From NCBI RefSeq assembly GCF_009914755.1, contig NC_060929.1: a stretch of DNA of 64,000 nucleotides; one strand, 5' to 3'. The translations under genes and the position numbers were made by a program. The notes under the pieces are model-generated. The model searched no databases and had not been told where the DNA came from. It saw nothing but the letters and a program-made list of their open reading frames with translations. Position 1 is the stretch's first letter; each line of letters starts with the position of its first letter. The DNA comes from the human T2T-CHM13v2.0 reference genome, Homo sapiens. Below, piece by piece: positions 27,851 through 44,225 of the stretch.

Positions 27851-28984
27851 ATTTCCTAGTCACCTTCCCACAAGTTACCCTCTCTAGAAGCCAAACTCCT
27901 CTTTTCCTTTGTCTAGTCCTTTCTTCATACTTTATCACCCTTTGCTAAAATAGTATGTAAGTCCCTAGGTCTAACCACAACTTTGGCGTTTTCACTTTTA
28001 TTCTGTGAGTCTCCCACTTCCTTGTGTCCATGTGAAATAACCTTTTCTCCTGTTAATCTTTCTTTTCTCTGTTTAATTTGCAATCTCCAGATACTGAACC
28101 TAAGAGAGTATAGGGAAAGTTTTTCCTCCTCTACAGCCTCTTTAAGATAAATCCTGTCATGTACTAGACACTTACTTCTAGTTAAACATCAATTGATAAT
28201 AGCAGGAATGACAGTAACTTATGTCCATTTTGGAGCTTTTTTTTCAAGAAGCCATGTACAAAGAGAGAAATGAAGGCTTAAATTTTTCAAAAACAAGGTC
28301 TCCTACAGATATAAATACAAACACAAGGTAAAGGTTTTATTTGATTCATTAAAGAGGAAACTGGTGAGGTGTTTCAACCAGTTCAAGGGATAATTTTGTA
28401 AATGTTAATTTATGGATCAGAAATGTTAAAACAAATGTGCAAATGGAGGCAAAACTGGCCTCTTCCACAGTGGGGAAGAAAGTCAATAGAACTTCTAGTA
28501 GGCATAATTTACATATCTACAGACAAGAATTACTTTGCATTGCAATCAGTTGTCCACAATATACAGAGTTGTAAAATAGCTGGAAGACTATGAAAGACTA
28601 GAATAAGATAACATGGAAAGGTGTGATATAAATAATGCATTTTCTACAGAAGCACAATTTTCCCTCATTTTAGACCAAATTCCCTGTGGAAAACCAGACA
28701 AGGAATTAGAAATAGACCTCTTTTCTTCATTCTAGTTACAAATCTCCTAGCTCAGTCCTTCATTACTGCATTACTTCTCATCTGTGTAGGTGTAAAACCT
28801 TCCTACCTGATCTTTTTTCTTCTTCAAGATCCATCTTCTTCTAGTTCATACTACATACCACTGACAGTTTGATGTTCTTAGAACACTTCTGTGATTGTCA
28901 TGACACCCTTAGAAGTCTAAATGGTCCCCTGCTGCCTGCAGATGATATGTGAAAGTTCTAGCCTGGTGCCCCAGGAGTTAGCTC

Positions 28985-29560
28985 TATATCAGTCAGGGTT
29001 CCAAGTTGCAAGTTACAGAAACTGACTGGTTGACTTAAAGAAGAAAGGAATTTTTTAAAAAAAGATATTGGGCAGATTACAGACTTGTCAGGAGGGCTAG
29101 AAACAGACTTAGAAGCTTGTATTGCCAGAATGAATTCTCAAAATAATGCCACAGAACTGGCTGGATGAGGACACCACAGTTGCTGTCACAGAATGCTAGC
29201 AGAGTCAGTTCTCACTATGATGTGATTGCCATGTGCACTGTCTTCTATGGCAGCCATCATGCTACTGCACCAAGCTCTCAATTCTGCAACTGTCACCAAA
29301 CCACAGTGGATTTTTTTCTGTCCCTCCTTGCATTACACGCTTTCTATCCAAAATCAGGGGAGTGGTCTGATTGTTAGAACTTAGGTGATATGCTCATGCC
29401 CCAGCAGCAAGGGAGGTTGAGAAAGAGCAATTGGCAGATTGGCCATCTTTAGTGGTAGGTGAGATGTGCCTCCTTCCATGACTCAAAAGTAGTGAATTCC
29501 ACAGAGGAAACTGGAAATTCCTCAAAAGCAAAGGGAGATGATTTACATGCTGGGCAAAGG
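28985..29560 (-). mobile_element. Old MaLR LTR (MLT1M/N-like)
   Basis: tcagtcagggttcc...gttgcaagttacagaaactgact; tctgattg...ttaggtgatatgctcatgcccc...gcaagggagg. Confidence 0.5.
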
Positions 29561-29845
29561 GCAAATATTCACTGTAGGTTCACTCTGTCTTCCTGATCCA
29601 ATGCCCTGCTATTCACATTCCTATATCCTACATGCAAACATGAAGTCAAACCCAACAAAAAGTCATTTGATCACTGTTTCATTTAGCAAACATTGAATGA
29701 TACCTATATGCTAAGTAATGTGCTGGGTAATGAAAACAGAGAAATAATGGATACTTCAAGGAGATATTAGTCTAGGCAAGAGCATATACAAGTAAGCAGG
29801 CAATTATAAGCCTGTGCCATGCGAAGCATAAACTCAAAATGCTCA

Positions 29846-30070
29846 GACTGAGCAACATAGCAAGGCTTTGTCTGTACTAAAAATAAAATTAGCTGTGTGT
29901 GGTGGCACGTGCCTGTAGCCCCAGCTACTCCAGCTATTTGGGAGACTTAGCTGGGGGACTGCTTGAGCCCAATAGGTTGAGGCTACAGTGAGCTATTCCT
30001 GGGCATAGAGTGACAACAGCCCAGGCAACAGAGATCCTGTTTCAAAACAAAAACAAAGAAAACAAAGAAA
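29846..30070 (+). mobile_element. 5'-truncated AluJ-like
   Basis: ctgagcaacatagcaagg...gcttgagccc...aggctacagtgagcta. Confidence 0.8.
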
Positions 30071-32095
30071 CCTTGAGATGCTCTGGGAATGCCCATGAAG
30101 GGTACTTACCTGGTGGAGGTGACAATTTCTTCCCTCAATTTAGGCAAGGTAGGACTGCTGGTGCCTTTCCCTTTCTTCCGGTCATCCGTGAAGCCCTGCT
30201 ACCTACTGTTCTATGCCCCATAGCATTATTTAGGTCCTGCTACCAGCATGTTCTCTAGGTTCCTCAGCTTGTACATCTTAGGGAAAGCTTCCTTTAAACT
30301 TTGCAACAGTATCTCCCTGTAGGATGGAAGGATGTCAGCCATACCCTTTTCGTGCGACTCCGTAGAGGTCATTATTTTTCTACTCATAATCCTCTCCACT
30401 ATCTGCTCTACTGCTCTTTTGCTGCTCAGTTGCAGCTCAGCTTGTTCACAGATAAGCTGCCTGTACTCATCCTCCTGATTGCCAATGTTCTGCTCGGGCA
30501 TCTACAGAAGATCACCCCTGACCTCTAAGCTGTATGATGTTGCTTCTTTCTGCTTTTCTCTTGGCACATTTTGGCATTTTTGCCTGCCTCTAGATCAGCG
30601 CACGACTTTCATTAATCCAGTTTGATTTTAACTAATTTTTCTGGACATGATTTTAAAAGGTGCTGTAAAGTTTCAGGACACCTAGACTATATATAGTATC
30701 ATGGGCCAGCTTAGCAGCTGCATGCTGACCTGGAAATCTGGGTATTTTTTTTCACCACTCCTGAACTTCGCTGCCAGTGGGAGATCCCAAAAACATCAAT
30801 GGGCTGATTACTCTGTGTTATTGTGAAATTTCTTGGGCATATAACCTTGCTGCCCTGTATGAGCCTTTTGTAGACATCTCCCTTCTAGACTGCAGGTTGT
30901 CTCCAGAGGACAGGGCCTCTGATTGATTTTAGTAAGACCCAAAATCTCCATCAAATTGTCTTGCACTCAAGAAACAGATGTTGAATACATTAATAAATGG
31001 TCTTCTTACTAATAAAGAAGTTGTCAGCCTACATTTCACAGGACAATTTGACCTACTTAATATTTTCAAACAAACTGCAGTGTCTCCACAACCTGTAATT
31101 GGTCTGACTTGCTTCCAAGGGCTAGAGTGGATGCCAGTTTGTGGGCCCTGGCCTGGGGGTTTGTTGGCTTATTGGCTTTCTAAGCAGGCAAGGAGTGAAA
31201 TGTGCTAGTGATGAACAAAGGGATTGGAACACGCACATCATATTCCATTCCTTCTCTTCTTTGCTTTCATGAAACTAGATTACCTCCTAGAAAATAATTA
31301 AAAAAAAGAATATGACTGTAGCTACTAATTCTTGAAACTATTTTTAGTAGACCTTTATAAAGATATTATTTCTGTATTTGCCAACCACCTAAATATGAAA
31401 TATTTCATATCTTTCACATATTCAGGTATAGAGTAAGCATGTTAGTGCAAATGAAAATTGACTTATACTTACCAACAGCTACAATAGTGGCTGGCATGGG
31501 ACTTCATGCCATGCATGAATGTGGATATGGCTTGGGAAATCTACCCAGGAGTAACAGTTGTTGTCTTGGCTCACCCCTATCAACCAATCAGAACTCATCT
31601 TGGACCTTAAAACCTCAGCAAAGCTTTCCTTGATACATTTGTCTGGCCTTTGCCTAGCATGGCAGCTTTCTGCCTCCTCTGGGGTGGATGGACCCTTGCT
31701 TGTCTGAATCTTTTAGTCCTCAGTGAATCCTTCAGCACCAACATTACCTAAACCTTTTGAAGCATCCAATAATGACTGAATCAATCAATCAATTAATTGG
31801 TGCCACGATAAATTCAGACGCTCAAATGGTTCCTCAGTTTGCTTTGTAATCCTTTTTGCTGTGGCCCTAGACACTTCCTTCCCCCTTACTTCACACTAGT
31901 TATTTTGAAACTTCTCTTTTTTGCACTCCATCCCAGCAACTCTCCCTCTTTCACAGAAAACGAACCTACTAATTAGGTTAGAAATTCTTTTAACGTCTTG
32001 CCCGCTATCCATTTCTCTTGCCCTCACACATACTAGTGAGTCTCCCCACATAGGATCTGGTGTCTGTTTCTTCTTTTCTCCTAGTGATATGACTT

Positions 32096-33865
<1,770 letters not shown>

Positions 33866-34329
33866 GCTTCTTATATGATCCTTCCTGTGGTGTCTGCAGT
33901 CTCCGGCAAACCCACGTTCCCCTTTAGCTACAGAACCTTCTGTTTCCTTCTTTCCACTGTCACATTTCTTGCTGAATCTCTACATTCTCTTGCCTTACAT
34001 TCACTTGCCAGCCCTCTGTACTCTGGCCTCTGTGGCCAGAGAGAGACCAGCAGCTGAATCCAGTAGACATCATTTCATCCATATCTTGGTTCCCTTCTCT
34101 GACACATTTGACACTGTCTGTAACTCCTGTCTGCAAGTTCTTGGTTCTCAGCACCAGTTTCTCCCTTAGCCTCTCTGTCTTTACTTTTCCCATCTTTGAA
34201 TCTCCTGTTCTCAGTCCCAACAGTCTGTTTCACCAGCTGCACACTGGTTAGTGTTCCCCACCCGGCCACACCTTCACTTTCCACATAACATATTCTCCCA
34301 TGGCAATTACATGCATGCCAATGAACTCA

Positions 34330-35280
34330 CCTATACAGGAGGGCATTCTGATAACTCTTGAGCCAATCTGCCCAGCCCCAGGTTTCTCTTCTGCCTTCCA
34401 AGTTTGCATGGTTGTCTTTCCTGCCGGAATAGCACGCTCTTCACAAATGCAGCACATCCAAAACGAAGCTCACTGTTTCTCTCCCAAAACTGCTTTTCCA
34501 CCTGCATTATCTGCTCCCATGGTTAGGACAACCATCCACTAGTTACCAAGGCCGGAGTAATCCTAGACACCTACCTCTCTTTCATGCCCCACATCTAATC
34601 AATGACATGATCTGATCAACTCTACTTCTAAAATATCTCTTAAATGCCCTCTTTCCTGCAGCCACACAATAACAACCTGTGTTTAGATCTTAATTATTTT
34701 TCACCTAGATTACTTCCAGATTACAGCTCTCTGGTCTCCAGTCTTTTTCTTTCATCTTCTTTTCAGATAGCGGCCCAAGAGCTCTTTCTGAAACACCAAG
34801 TCTATGTGATGATTACCTTGTTTGATACATGCTGAATAAAACATACACTCCATAAGTTGGGACCAAGGACACTTCTGGCCCTCAATTTTGCCTACCTTTG
34901 CAGGCCCACCTTTTGCCATACCCACATAGACCTGTGCTGGTCTGCCAGTGGGGCCACTTTTTTAAGCTCTGGATTTCTGAGCTGTGCATTTTCTCTGCCT
35001 GAAAAACCCTTACTGATCTCCTCAACCTCATCTCTCCTGACTCAGTTAAGGGGCCCTTTGTTTCTGGCACGGCCCACCAACTAAAGTGACAACACATTCT
35101 CAAGCCCCCAGATGCCCTTTTCTATTTCCCAGGAGTGTGCTTATTGCCTAGAATTTTAACCTTCTGTTTACTTATCTTTCTCTCCAAATAGACGGAGAGC
35201 TCCTGACTTTCCTCAGTTCTTCTCCCTAATCTATAGCAAAGTGTGTGGTATTTAACATGTACACAATGTTTGCTGAGAGA
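34330..35280 (+). mobile_element. L2 fragments
   Basis: acaaccatccactagttaccaag...ccacatctaatcaat...tctacttctaaaatatctct. Confidence 0.6.
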
Positions 35281-35653
35281 ATGGAGACATCATCAGACCT
35301 CCGCTTGAATTATTTTAGAGACAGACAGCACATCCTGTCAATTCAGCCTTTGTGCTATTGACTTGGGCATCTGGCCCTTCTTTCTCATCCCACTGTCTCC
35401 AACCTAGCTGGGGCTTTATTAGTTCTCATCTAGACCTTCAGTTATCCTTCCAGCTGTTCACCCATTCTGTTTGCTCATTCTACCATTCATCAAATGCATA
35501 TGTTTCAATGTCACTAAGTACATCTTATGAGGCATCAAGTTCTGTTTATCTGCTCATACGTTCTACTTTTCAAAAATTCTTTCATGATAATTACATTATC
35601 CATAAAGCCCTTAGAGATGTGCAGGGCCTCATCTGCACAACTGAAATGGTAGT

Positions 35654-36162
35654 TGTGCAAGTCACACTCTAGAATGGCACCAATGATCTTCACCCCCTGG
35701 CACCCACACCCTTGTGTGGCTCCTCTCACGCTGTACAAGGGTCAGTCTGTGTGACCAATAGAATATGGCAGAAATGATGGTACATCATTTCCCTGATCAG
35801 GTTACAAAAGACATTAAAACTTCTTTTCCACTTGCTCTCTGTCTCCCCTACTCATTACTTTCTCTAGGGGAAGCCAGCTGTCATGAAGAGGCCTGCTTGC
35901 AAGTGAAGTGAGGCCTCTGGCTGATAGCCGCTTGAGTTTAGAAGTGGATCCTCCAGCCCCAGACAAGGCTCAGACGACTGCAGCCCAGACGACTGCAGCC
36001 CAGACTCATAGATACCTTGATTGAGTCTCATGGGAGACCCTGAAGCCCAGCTGAGCTGCACCAAGATTTCTGATCTTCAGAAACTGTAAAATAGCAATAG
36101 TTTGCTGTCTGAAGTTCTCAGGTTTGGGGTACTTTGTTATGTAGCAATAGACAGCAAACACA
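35654..36162 (+). mobile_element. MLT1E/F-like MaLR LTR with a 15-bp internal tandem duplication
   Basis: gtgaccaatagaatatggcagaaatgatgg...ttgttatgtagcaatagacagcaaacaca; cagacgactgcagcc x2 at 35971-36000. Confidence 0.8.
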
Positions 36163-37373
36163 GGGCCCTGATGCTCTCTTTCCACACCTCTCTTCTCATC
36201 TTATTTATATCTTTATATATGTTTAAGCTCCATCCAGACTGAACTGCTTCTTTTTCCCCAAACAGGACCAGAAGATGTGAACTTTTTGCTTCTACACCTT
36301 TTCCTTAAGATGTCCTTCCATCCAAACTACTGTTTCCTCCCACCTCCACTTGCCACCGTCTTTACCCTCTTGATGCAGCTCCTCCTTAAAGCCTGTCTGA
36401 TCACATCTACTAAATGAAGAGTACTCTCTCCCTCTAAGAACTCTAATAAGATTATGTTTATTCCTCTCATGTCACTTAGCTCTTAGTGTCTTTTATATAA
36501 CCGTCTAAATATGTTTTTCTTGCCGTGTGAGCTGATTTACACAAAGTAGGGAATGTATAAATATCTGTCAAATGAGCAAGTAACTCTTAGAACCTGAAAT
36601 ACAAGCTTTTTTGGCAGGCTGGCTTTAGTCATTTTTACTTAAACAGTGTCTTCTAGCTCATGCTAAACATGTGAGACATCTGGGCTCCACCACTATGCCT
36701 GGGTTGGCTTTTTCATCTACTTCAGAGACATGTCTTAGGTGATGAGGCTTTCAAAGACAACATTGTTTCCTGGACAGTAATGGTTTCCACAGTTCTTTGA
36801 TTTCCTTGAACACCCTAAACGAGCAGGAGATCTTGTAATTCCATACGTCTGATCATTTCTGCAGACATGCCTGGAAAACAGAGTATCGACACCAAGTTTA
36901 GACTTATGCTTTAATTTTTCAAACTATTTGAAAATCTAAATAAATATCCCCATGCAGGCCCCTTTTCCACCAACGTCCTTAAATCATTTGTTAATAAGTA
37001 ATGTGCTAATACCTGGAAATGATTACATAAACGAGCAAATAAATTTGCTCTGCTGTCAGCTCTAGCGCTGTATTCTACGTGAAAACAACCATATCCAATT
37101 CTTTTTCCCCTTTGGTTGTGAAATGAAGGTGCACATTTTATTTTATAGCTCTGTAGGGAATAGTGGAACTATTGAAGCAAATGGGAAACTGGTTCAGGAA
37201 AAGGAAATTTAAACAAAGAACGTAAGATGAATAAAAGTGTAGAGATTTCCTTTGTGTTTATATCAGACATCCAGAGCTCAAAGGGCAACATATAACAGGC
37301 TCACTCTTATATGGAAAATTTAGTTACTCAGACTTTCACAGAGGTGAGTGTAAAACCACTCTAGGCAATTTAA

Positions 37374-37748
<375 letters not shown>

Positions 37749-37834
37749 AAGAAAATGGGATTTTATGGTACAAATTAAAAATTCACATATTGGTATATCA
37801 CTTCAGTGAACTAATTACCCTAAACTTAAAAGAA

Positions 37835-38590
37835 TCAAGAGGCACAAAGTGAATGAGAATTCAAGGCACACGCTAAAAGAAAATATTTGCAAAAGATATA
37901 TCTGATAAATGACTGTTATCCAAAATATACAAAGAATTTTAAAATGCAATAAGAAAATGAACAACCCAATTAAAGCATGGGCAAAAGATATGACCAGAAA
38001 TGTCATCAAAGAAGACATACAGAGGACAAACTAGCATATAAACAGTTGTTCAACATCATCTGTCCTTAGGGAAGTGCCAATCGAAATAACAATGAGATAC
38101 CACTCCCCACCTATTTGAATGGCCAAAATCCAAAATACTGACAATTCCAAAAGCTGCCAAGGATGTGGGGCAACAGGAACTCTCATTCACTGCCAGTGGG
38201 AATGCAAAGAGGTATTGCCACTTTGGAAGACAATTGACAGCTTCTTACAAAACTAAACAAACTCTTACCATGATGAGCTTGCATGATCCAGCAATCATGC
38301 TCCTTGGTATCTACCTAAATGAATTGAAAACTTAAGTCCGTGCAAAAACCTGCACATGGATATTTGTAGCAGCTTTTTTTCATAATTGCTGAAACTTGGA
38401 AGCAACTAAGATGTCCTTCAGTAGCTGAATGGATAAACTGTGGTATATCCATATAAAGGAATATTATTCAACACTAAAAAGAAATGAGTTATCAAGCAAG
38501 GAAAAGACACAGAGGAACTTTAAATGTTTATTACTGAGTGAAAGAGGCCAATCTGAAAGGCTTCATATGGCATGATTCTAACTATATGGC
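37835..38590 (+). mobile_element. L1MC/MD-like ORF2-end/3'UTR fragment
   Basis: gaaaatatttgcaaaagatatatctgataa...gcaacaggaactctcattcactgc...tactgagtgaaagaggccaatctgaaagg. Confidence 0.88.
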
Positions 38591-39009
38591 CTGAATATAC
38601 TACTAAAATCTAACACTACGGCCAAGCTCTTTTTGAAGAGAATGTTGCAGAGCTGTTGCAATGCCATCTTGGCTTGGTTAACACTCAACAGTTGTTGAAA
38701 ATATTTTCTTTGATTTGGGATATAAAGTAAAGGAAAAATAATGTTTGGAATTGCAAATTGGTGATATTTCCAGTATCACCTCTCAGATGGAAATGTGGTT
38801 AAAAATGAATGAATGAATCTGTACTCATATGTGCACCAGAATGCAAAGGACCTTAGATTTACATTTCATCTAATAGGATGTGTGACATAAGGAAAGGCTG
38901 AAGAAAAGGGTGGCGTGAAGGCCTTGACTGTTATATATTGGTCAATCTATTTCAATTTCCTTGGACTCTAAAGCTCCTCATTTGGCATCCCTAAGAAAGA
39001 CACAAGAGG

Positions 39010-39200
39010 TAGAGTAATAGAGTGGTTAAGGGGATTAACTCTAGGCTAATATTCCCTGAGTTCAAGTCCTAACTCTGTTCCTTATTAGCTCTGTAAGCTT
39101 TGTGACCCAGTTCATCACCTTTAATATGAGTATATATCATGATATCCATTTCATAGGGTTGTTTACATACTCTATAAAGTGCCTAGAATAGTGACTAACA
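39010..39200 (+). mobile_element. MIR relic
   Basis: gtggttaag...gagttcaagtcctaactctg...ttattagctctgt...taaagtgcctagaatagtg. Confidence 0.7.
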
Positions 39201-42200
39201 ATATATTTTTGTGTGAAATGACATAAAATCCAGTAGAAGCTTGTAATTAAATGTAGTGGTCATGTGATTACCAAATACCCAATTTGTCAAACTTCATTTG
39301 TCATTTGCATGGTCTCCCCTCAGTCTCATCCAGTTACCAGTTAATAATCATGGTTCCACCACTCCAACCCAGAGACGTCCCAACCAGATTGGTATTGAAA
39401 AATGGCTGGATTAATGACATGTATTTATTCTGCAGAATACCCACTATGTGTAAGAAGAACTTATAAAAAGCCCAGACTTAAGTGCATTTCAGTTTGGTGC
39501 CATCTACTTTGAAAAAAGAAAAAAAAAAGAGCTCTTTGCTTTTGTTTCAATTTATAGACTCAGTGGTGGATCAGCTCATTTAATGAGCTATAGCTGAGAG
39601 CAAATACTCCGGGAACGTCAAGTGCTAAAAGTTTGGAGGATTTGATTTTTTTCAGTCCAGTAACCAAAAGCATTTGATCTTTTATTGACAGAATATGGTT
39701 GCTGTAAAAAGAAATGAAATGTCCTAAGTATTCAGGGTTGAATAGCTATGAATGCTTTCTATTTTCACTGTTCAAACACCCTTAACTTTATGCTGTGTAT
39801 AATAATATATTAGCATGTTCAGGGTTTATAAAGAAAATATACTTTTTTTCATGCAGTATTAAAATGGCCCCTTAAAAGTATATATTTCAAGGGAATGAAA
39901 TTCTCTCAATGTTGTAGTTTTTTTATTAACAATTATTTTTCCAGATTAGTCTTCTGTTCCACCTAGGTAAAACAAGTAAAAATGAAAGTAGCATACAGGG
40001 ATGTTTCTTATTTGAAAGAGTAGAAAATGTGGTTTTCTTCCAAATTGTGATTTCCTTTGATAAATGTGCCGTTACTTGATACTGGAGACTACGAGCACAC
40101 TCAAGGGCAACACACAGCCAGGGCCTGGCAGATCCTTGTTGCAGGCCTTTGGAAACAATCCTACTGGGCTAGAATAACAGCTCCATTATTCAGCATGGCA
40201 AGTCTATCACCCTACTTACTAGCATAGTTTGGAGGTTAAACAATGGTGTCTCCTGCTACTTACCCATTATCAAATTTCTTCACAATATTTATTTAGACTA
40301 CTATCACTGAAGCAAGGGCACCAACTCATAAAAACTCAACTTTCTCAGAAGTAAGACTTCATTAAAGAGAACACTCCAAGAGGAAAGTACTCTGGTTAGG
40401 AACATTCCTTTACAGTCAAGAAAATCAATTCCAACTTGAGTTTCAAGTATTTCAAAATTACTGGATGAGAGAGATATGTTACTTTTATTAAAAAATTAAT
40501 GCTCTTTAGAAGACCATCACTTAAATATTAGTGTAATTCATGCTACATCACAGTTAATTGAAAATATCACTGACATTTGTAGATAAGAATGACAATAATA
40601 ACTGGAAAAATGCATTTAGTTGCCAATGCCTGCAAATAAATGCCGATTTTGCTTACGGCAGACTAGAAAAATAAAAGCAGACCAAGGTATGTTTGTTGGT
40701 TATAAGGGTGGGTTGGTCTCATTTAAGTTTACAGTGGGAAATAATATTCATTTGATTTAAAAAAAATCTATGTGAATGATTTAAAGAAAGAAGAAAATCT
40801 TTGGGGTAAGTGTTGACATTTAGAATACAGAATCTGCTTTTTACCTTCAGTTGCTGAGAAACTGATCACAGCTTGGTTAATCTTTTACCAGGAAAATGTC
40901 CACTGATTAGGTAACTTAGAAACATGTTTATATTTCTTAGCTACTAGGGTAGATCTACCAGCTCAATTTACACGTTAAGCCTAGGAAGTGGAAATTCTTA
41001 ACCCTGGATATGGATCTGCCCAAACGTCTGTCTTTCATTGGTCTCCAGACTTTGTTTCTATAGCGAAAGCAGCCTCTAGGGGTGGGTGTGTGGGAGAGCG
41101 CCCCGGCCCCCAGCAGACACAGGGAGTGAGATATGACAGCACTCTTTAATAATGAAGTGAGCACCGTGGCAAGCCCAGATTCTGAGCAAATTCTCTTTGA
41201 AAGGCAAGCAGCTGTGTAATCATTTATCTAGTCTTAGTAGGAAATGGCTTATTTTACACAATTTTCTCAAAAGCAAATTTGAAATCCTCATTGTAATGTG
41301 ACACCTTCTCTATCCTCAAAGTGCAATGAGGAAGAGAAAATTTAATATAGGAGTCAGCTTTCCCCTCTTATCCTTCACTAACAGCAGCATACTTATTTGA
41401 TATATAAAAATAATAAAGGTGAAAATTTTGGAAGAGCTGAAGTCACCTTTTTTGGGGGGTGCTTTCATTTTGCTATTGGCTGTTAGTGCTAAGCTGAATT
41501 ATAACATGTTCCACAACTTTATGGAAGACAAGACTTTGTGTTAACTGCAGAGTAAACTCACCAACTTTTAGTGCTGCCAGTTGTTTACAGTGAAATGGAT
41601 CCTTGATGTTTTTTTTAGATCCTTGATTTTTACAGCCTTCCAACCACTAACCTTCTCCAGTGATAAATTCTAGGGCAATTTCAAATTCAGAAAGATGACA
41701 GTCAATTCCTGAATTTAGGAAGGAAATCGTTTCTTTACATGCTTACTTTGCATTTCAAGTCCGCCAGAAAGGAAGCCCTAGCACATTTGAAAATATCTTG
41801 GGAGTTACACAAACGTATGCAAGGCATCTCAGATTTATCTTTGGCATCTCTGCCATTTATTTAGAAGCTGCGCACAAACAGAATCTGTCTTGTCCCATGC
41901 AGCCCTTCCATCGCACTAGGAATACATTATTGTGCTTCTGTTTAACATGCAGCCTTAGTGAAAGTACAAATTTGATACAGTTATACTTTTATAACCTTCA
42001 GTTTACAGTTGAGCTCTATGCCTTTTTAGTGCTGACTAGAAAATCAGATGGGATGAATCTGGGAATACAGCTTCACAATGTGCATAATCCTGGCTCTGCA
42101 ACTGAGGAAAATCAATGAGGGGAAGCATTGATCTCCTTGCAGAGTGCAAATGCAGTTAGCTCAGAAACACTCTGCCGGGGATTTTGTTATTCAAGTCATT

Positions 42201-42988
42201 CAGCTGCACAACATGTTTTCAAACCAAGCTCTTATCATGCAGCAGCTCTCTAGATTCAGCTTAACTCTACTTACACATGCATAAAAAAACATGTCTTCCA
42301 AGAGGAAAAATAACTGCATATCCACAGTCAGCTTCTATGTTTGGTCAAGGCTAAGCAAAATAGCCTTCACTTCAGTGACATTTCACTATGTCACTGGGTG
42401 GAGAAAACTCCTGCAGGAAGATGTGAGAATGAATCACTTCAGGAAAATATTATCTTCAGCTATGATGAATTTGATGCTTGCCTAGGCTGCTTGGCCAACT
42501 TGTTTTCCTTTTTTTCATGAAAAAAAGTAAATGTAACCAAGAAATTATCTGGAGGGCCCACCATCGATATGCACGTGTGTGCAGATACAAAAATGAAATG
42601 TATTACATAGCCAAATACAGTATGTATAAAAATATATATTGCAATATTTCATACTTGTTAGTGAAAATATTTTTACAACGTAGTGCCTCCCAAGTGCAGG
42701 AAATAAATCAAACCTTTTAAAAGAGATTGCAGATGATTCATTTACTGCTGTCATAATATGGTGTTTTCTTTAATGAAAATTTATATCGTTTTTCCTGGAC
42801 TCAGTGGAATAAATTTATACTGAAAGATGGAAAGTACTGATACAGTCAGTATTAAACGCATCCAGTACTTGATATGTTGTAAACAGGAGCTTGACCAAGT
42901 GAGGTATGGACTGACATCATTTGAATGTACATTTTCTAAGACTTTCCATGTTAAAACCATTCTAAATGTAGTAGAAATGAAACTTGTG

Positions 42989-43378
42989 GGCCGGGCGCAG
43001 TGGCTCACGCCTGTAATCCCAGCACTTTGGGAGGCCGAGCAGGCGGATCATCTGAGGTTGGGAGTTCAAGACCAGCCTGACCAACATGGAGAAATCCCGT
43101 CTCTACTAAAAATACAAAATTAGCCGGGTGTGGTGGCGCATGCCTGTAATCCCAGCTACTCAGGAGGCTGAGGCAGGAGAATATTGCTTGAACCTGGGAG
43201 GCGGAGGTTGTGGTGAGCCGAGAGCGCGCCATTGCACTCCAGCCTGAGCAACAAGAGTGAAACTCTGTCTCAAAAAAAAAAAAAAAAGGAAAAAGAAAAA
43301 AAGAAAGAAAGAAAAGAAAAGAAAGAAAAAGAAAAAAAGAAAGAAAGAAAAGAAAAGAAAGAAAAAGAAAAAAAGAAA
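42989..43378 (+). mobile_element. AluSp-like with a long A/G tail containing a 36-bp higher-order repeat
   Basis: cctgaccaacatggagaaa; TSD gaaacttgtg. Confidence 0.93.
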
Positions 43379-43635
43379 CTTGTGGTATTTGGCAATGAGA
43401 CATAGCACTTTCAGGTCAACCTTATGCTAGTATCAGTAAACTACCACCAGACTGATTTAGATTCAGATAATGGATTTGTAGAAAGCAACCTGCAACTGTA
43501 AACCTCTGAGTAAGAGGGAAATAAAGCTAGCAGCTCTAGCTCCTTAGGGCATTTTTAAATGTAGGCAGGTGTAAGAAATATTACTAGGAACAGATGACCA
43601 CTATGAAATCATCAAGAAAGAAGAGAAAATGAAAG

Positions 43636-43752
43636 ATTCATATATAAAAATGTATATATATATTTTTATGTATAAATGTATATATTGAATTATATATGTA
43701 TTTGTATGTATAAATGTATATATATAATTATATATGTGTGTATATATATAAT
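43636..43752. repeat. AT-rich (TA)n-like low complexity
   Basis: Read directly from sequence. Confidence 0.8.
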
Positions 43753-44225
43753 TTTATGGTTCTGGAATATGAAGCAAGGACTCATGATTGACAAAGGATG
43801 GGGGCACAAATCAGAATTGAAGAGAAAATAATTCTCTCTAGTATGGTCAAGATAAAAAGCTTTCCTGGTGGGAGGTGGGAGTGTGGGAGGTCTGATGTAC
43901 AGGCACATGGATAGGAGGTGAAATATGAACCATCAGGAGTGGGGTCTTATATTAGTGTTTTTGGAGCATCAACTTTGTAAACACTGTGAAGATGGTTCGC
44001 CAGGGATTGTGTTGCAGAGTATGGAAAATAAAAATAAGCCAGTCAAAGAACCTGTGGTCCTATGTTAACATTCTCCAGGATTACAAGTTTAGGGTAGGGC
44101 AGTTTTTTATTGCCCTTGAAGTGAAAAATGATGTTACTATATGATTCTTACTTTTACGACAATCTAACTGACAGCGTATTGCAATACCTTAAGAGAGATT
44201 GTAAAACCTTGAGATTATTCAGTAC

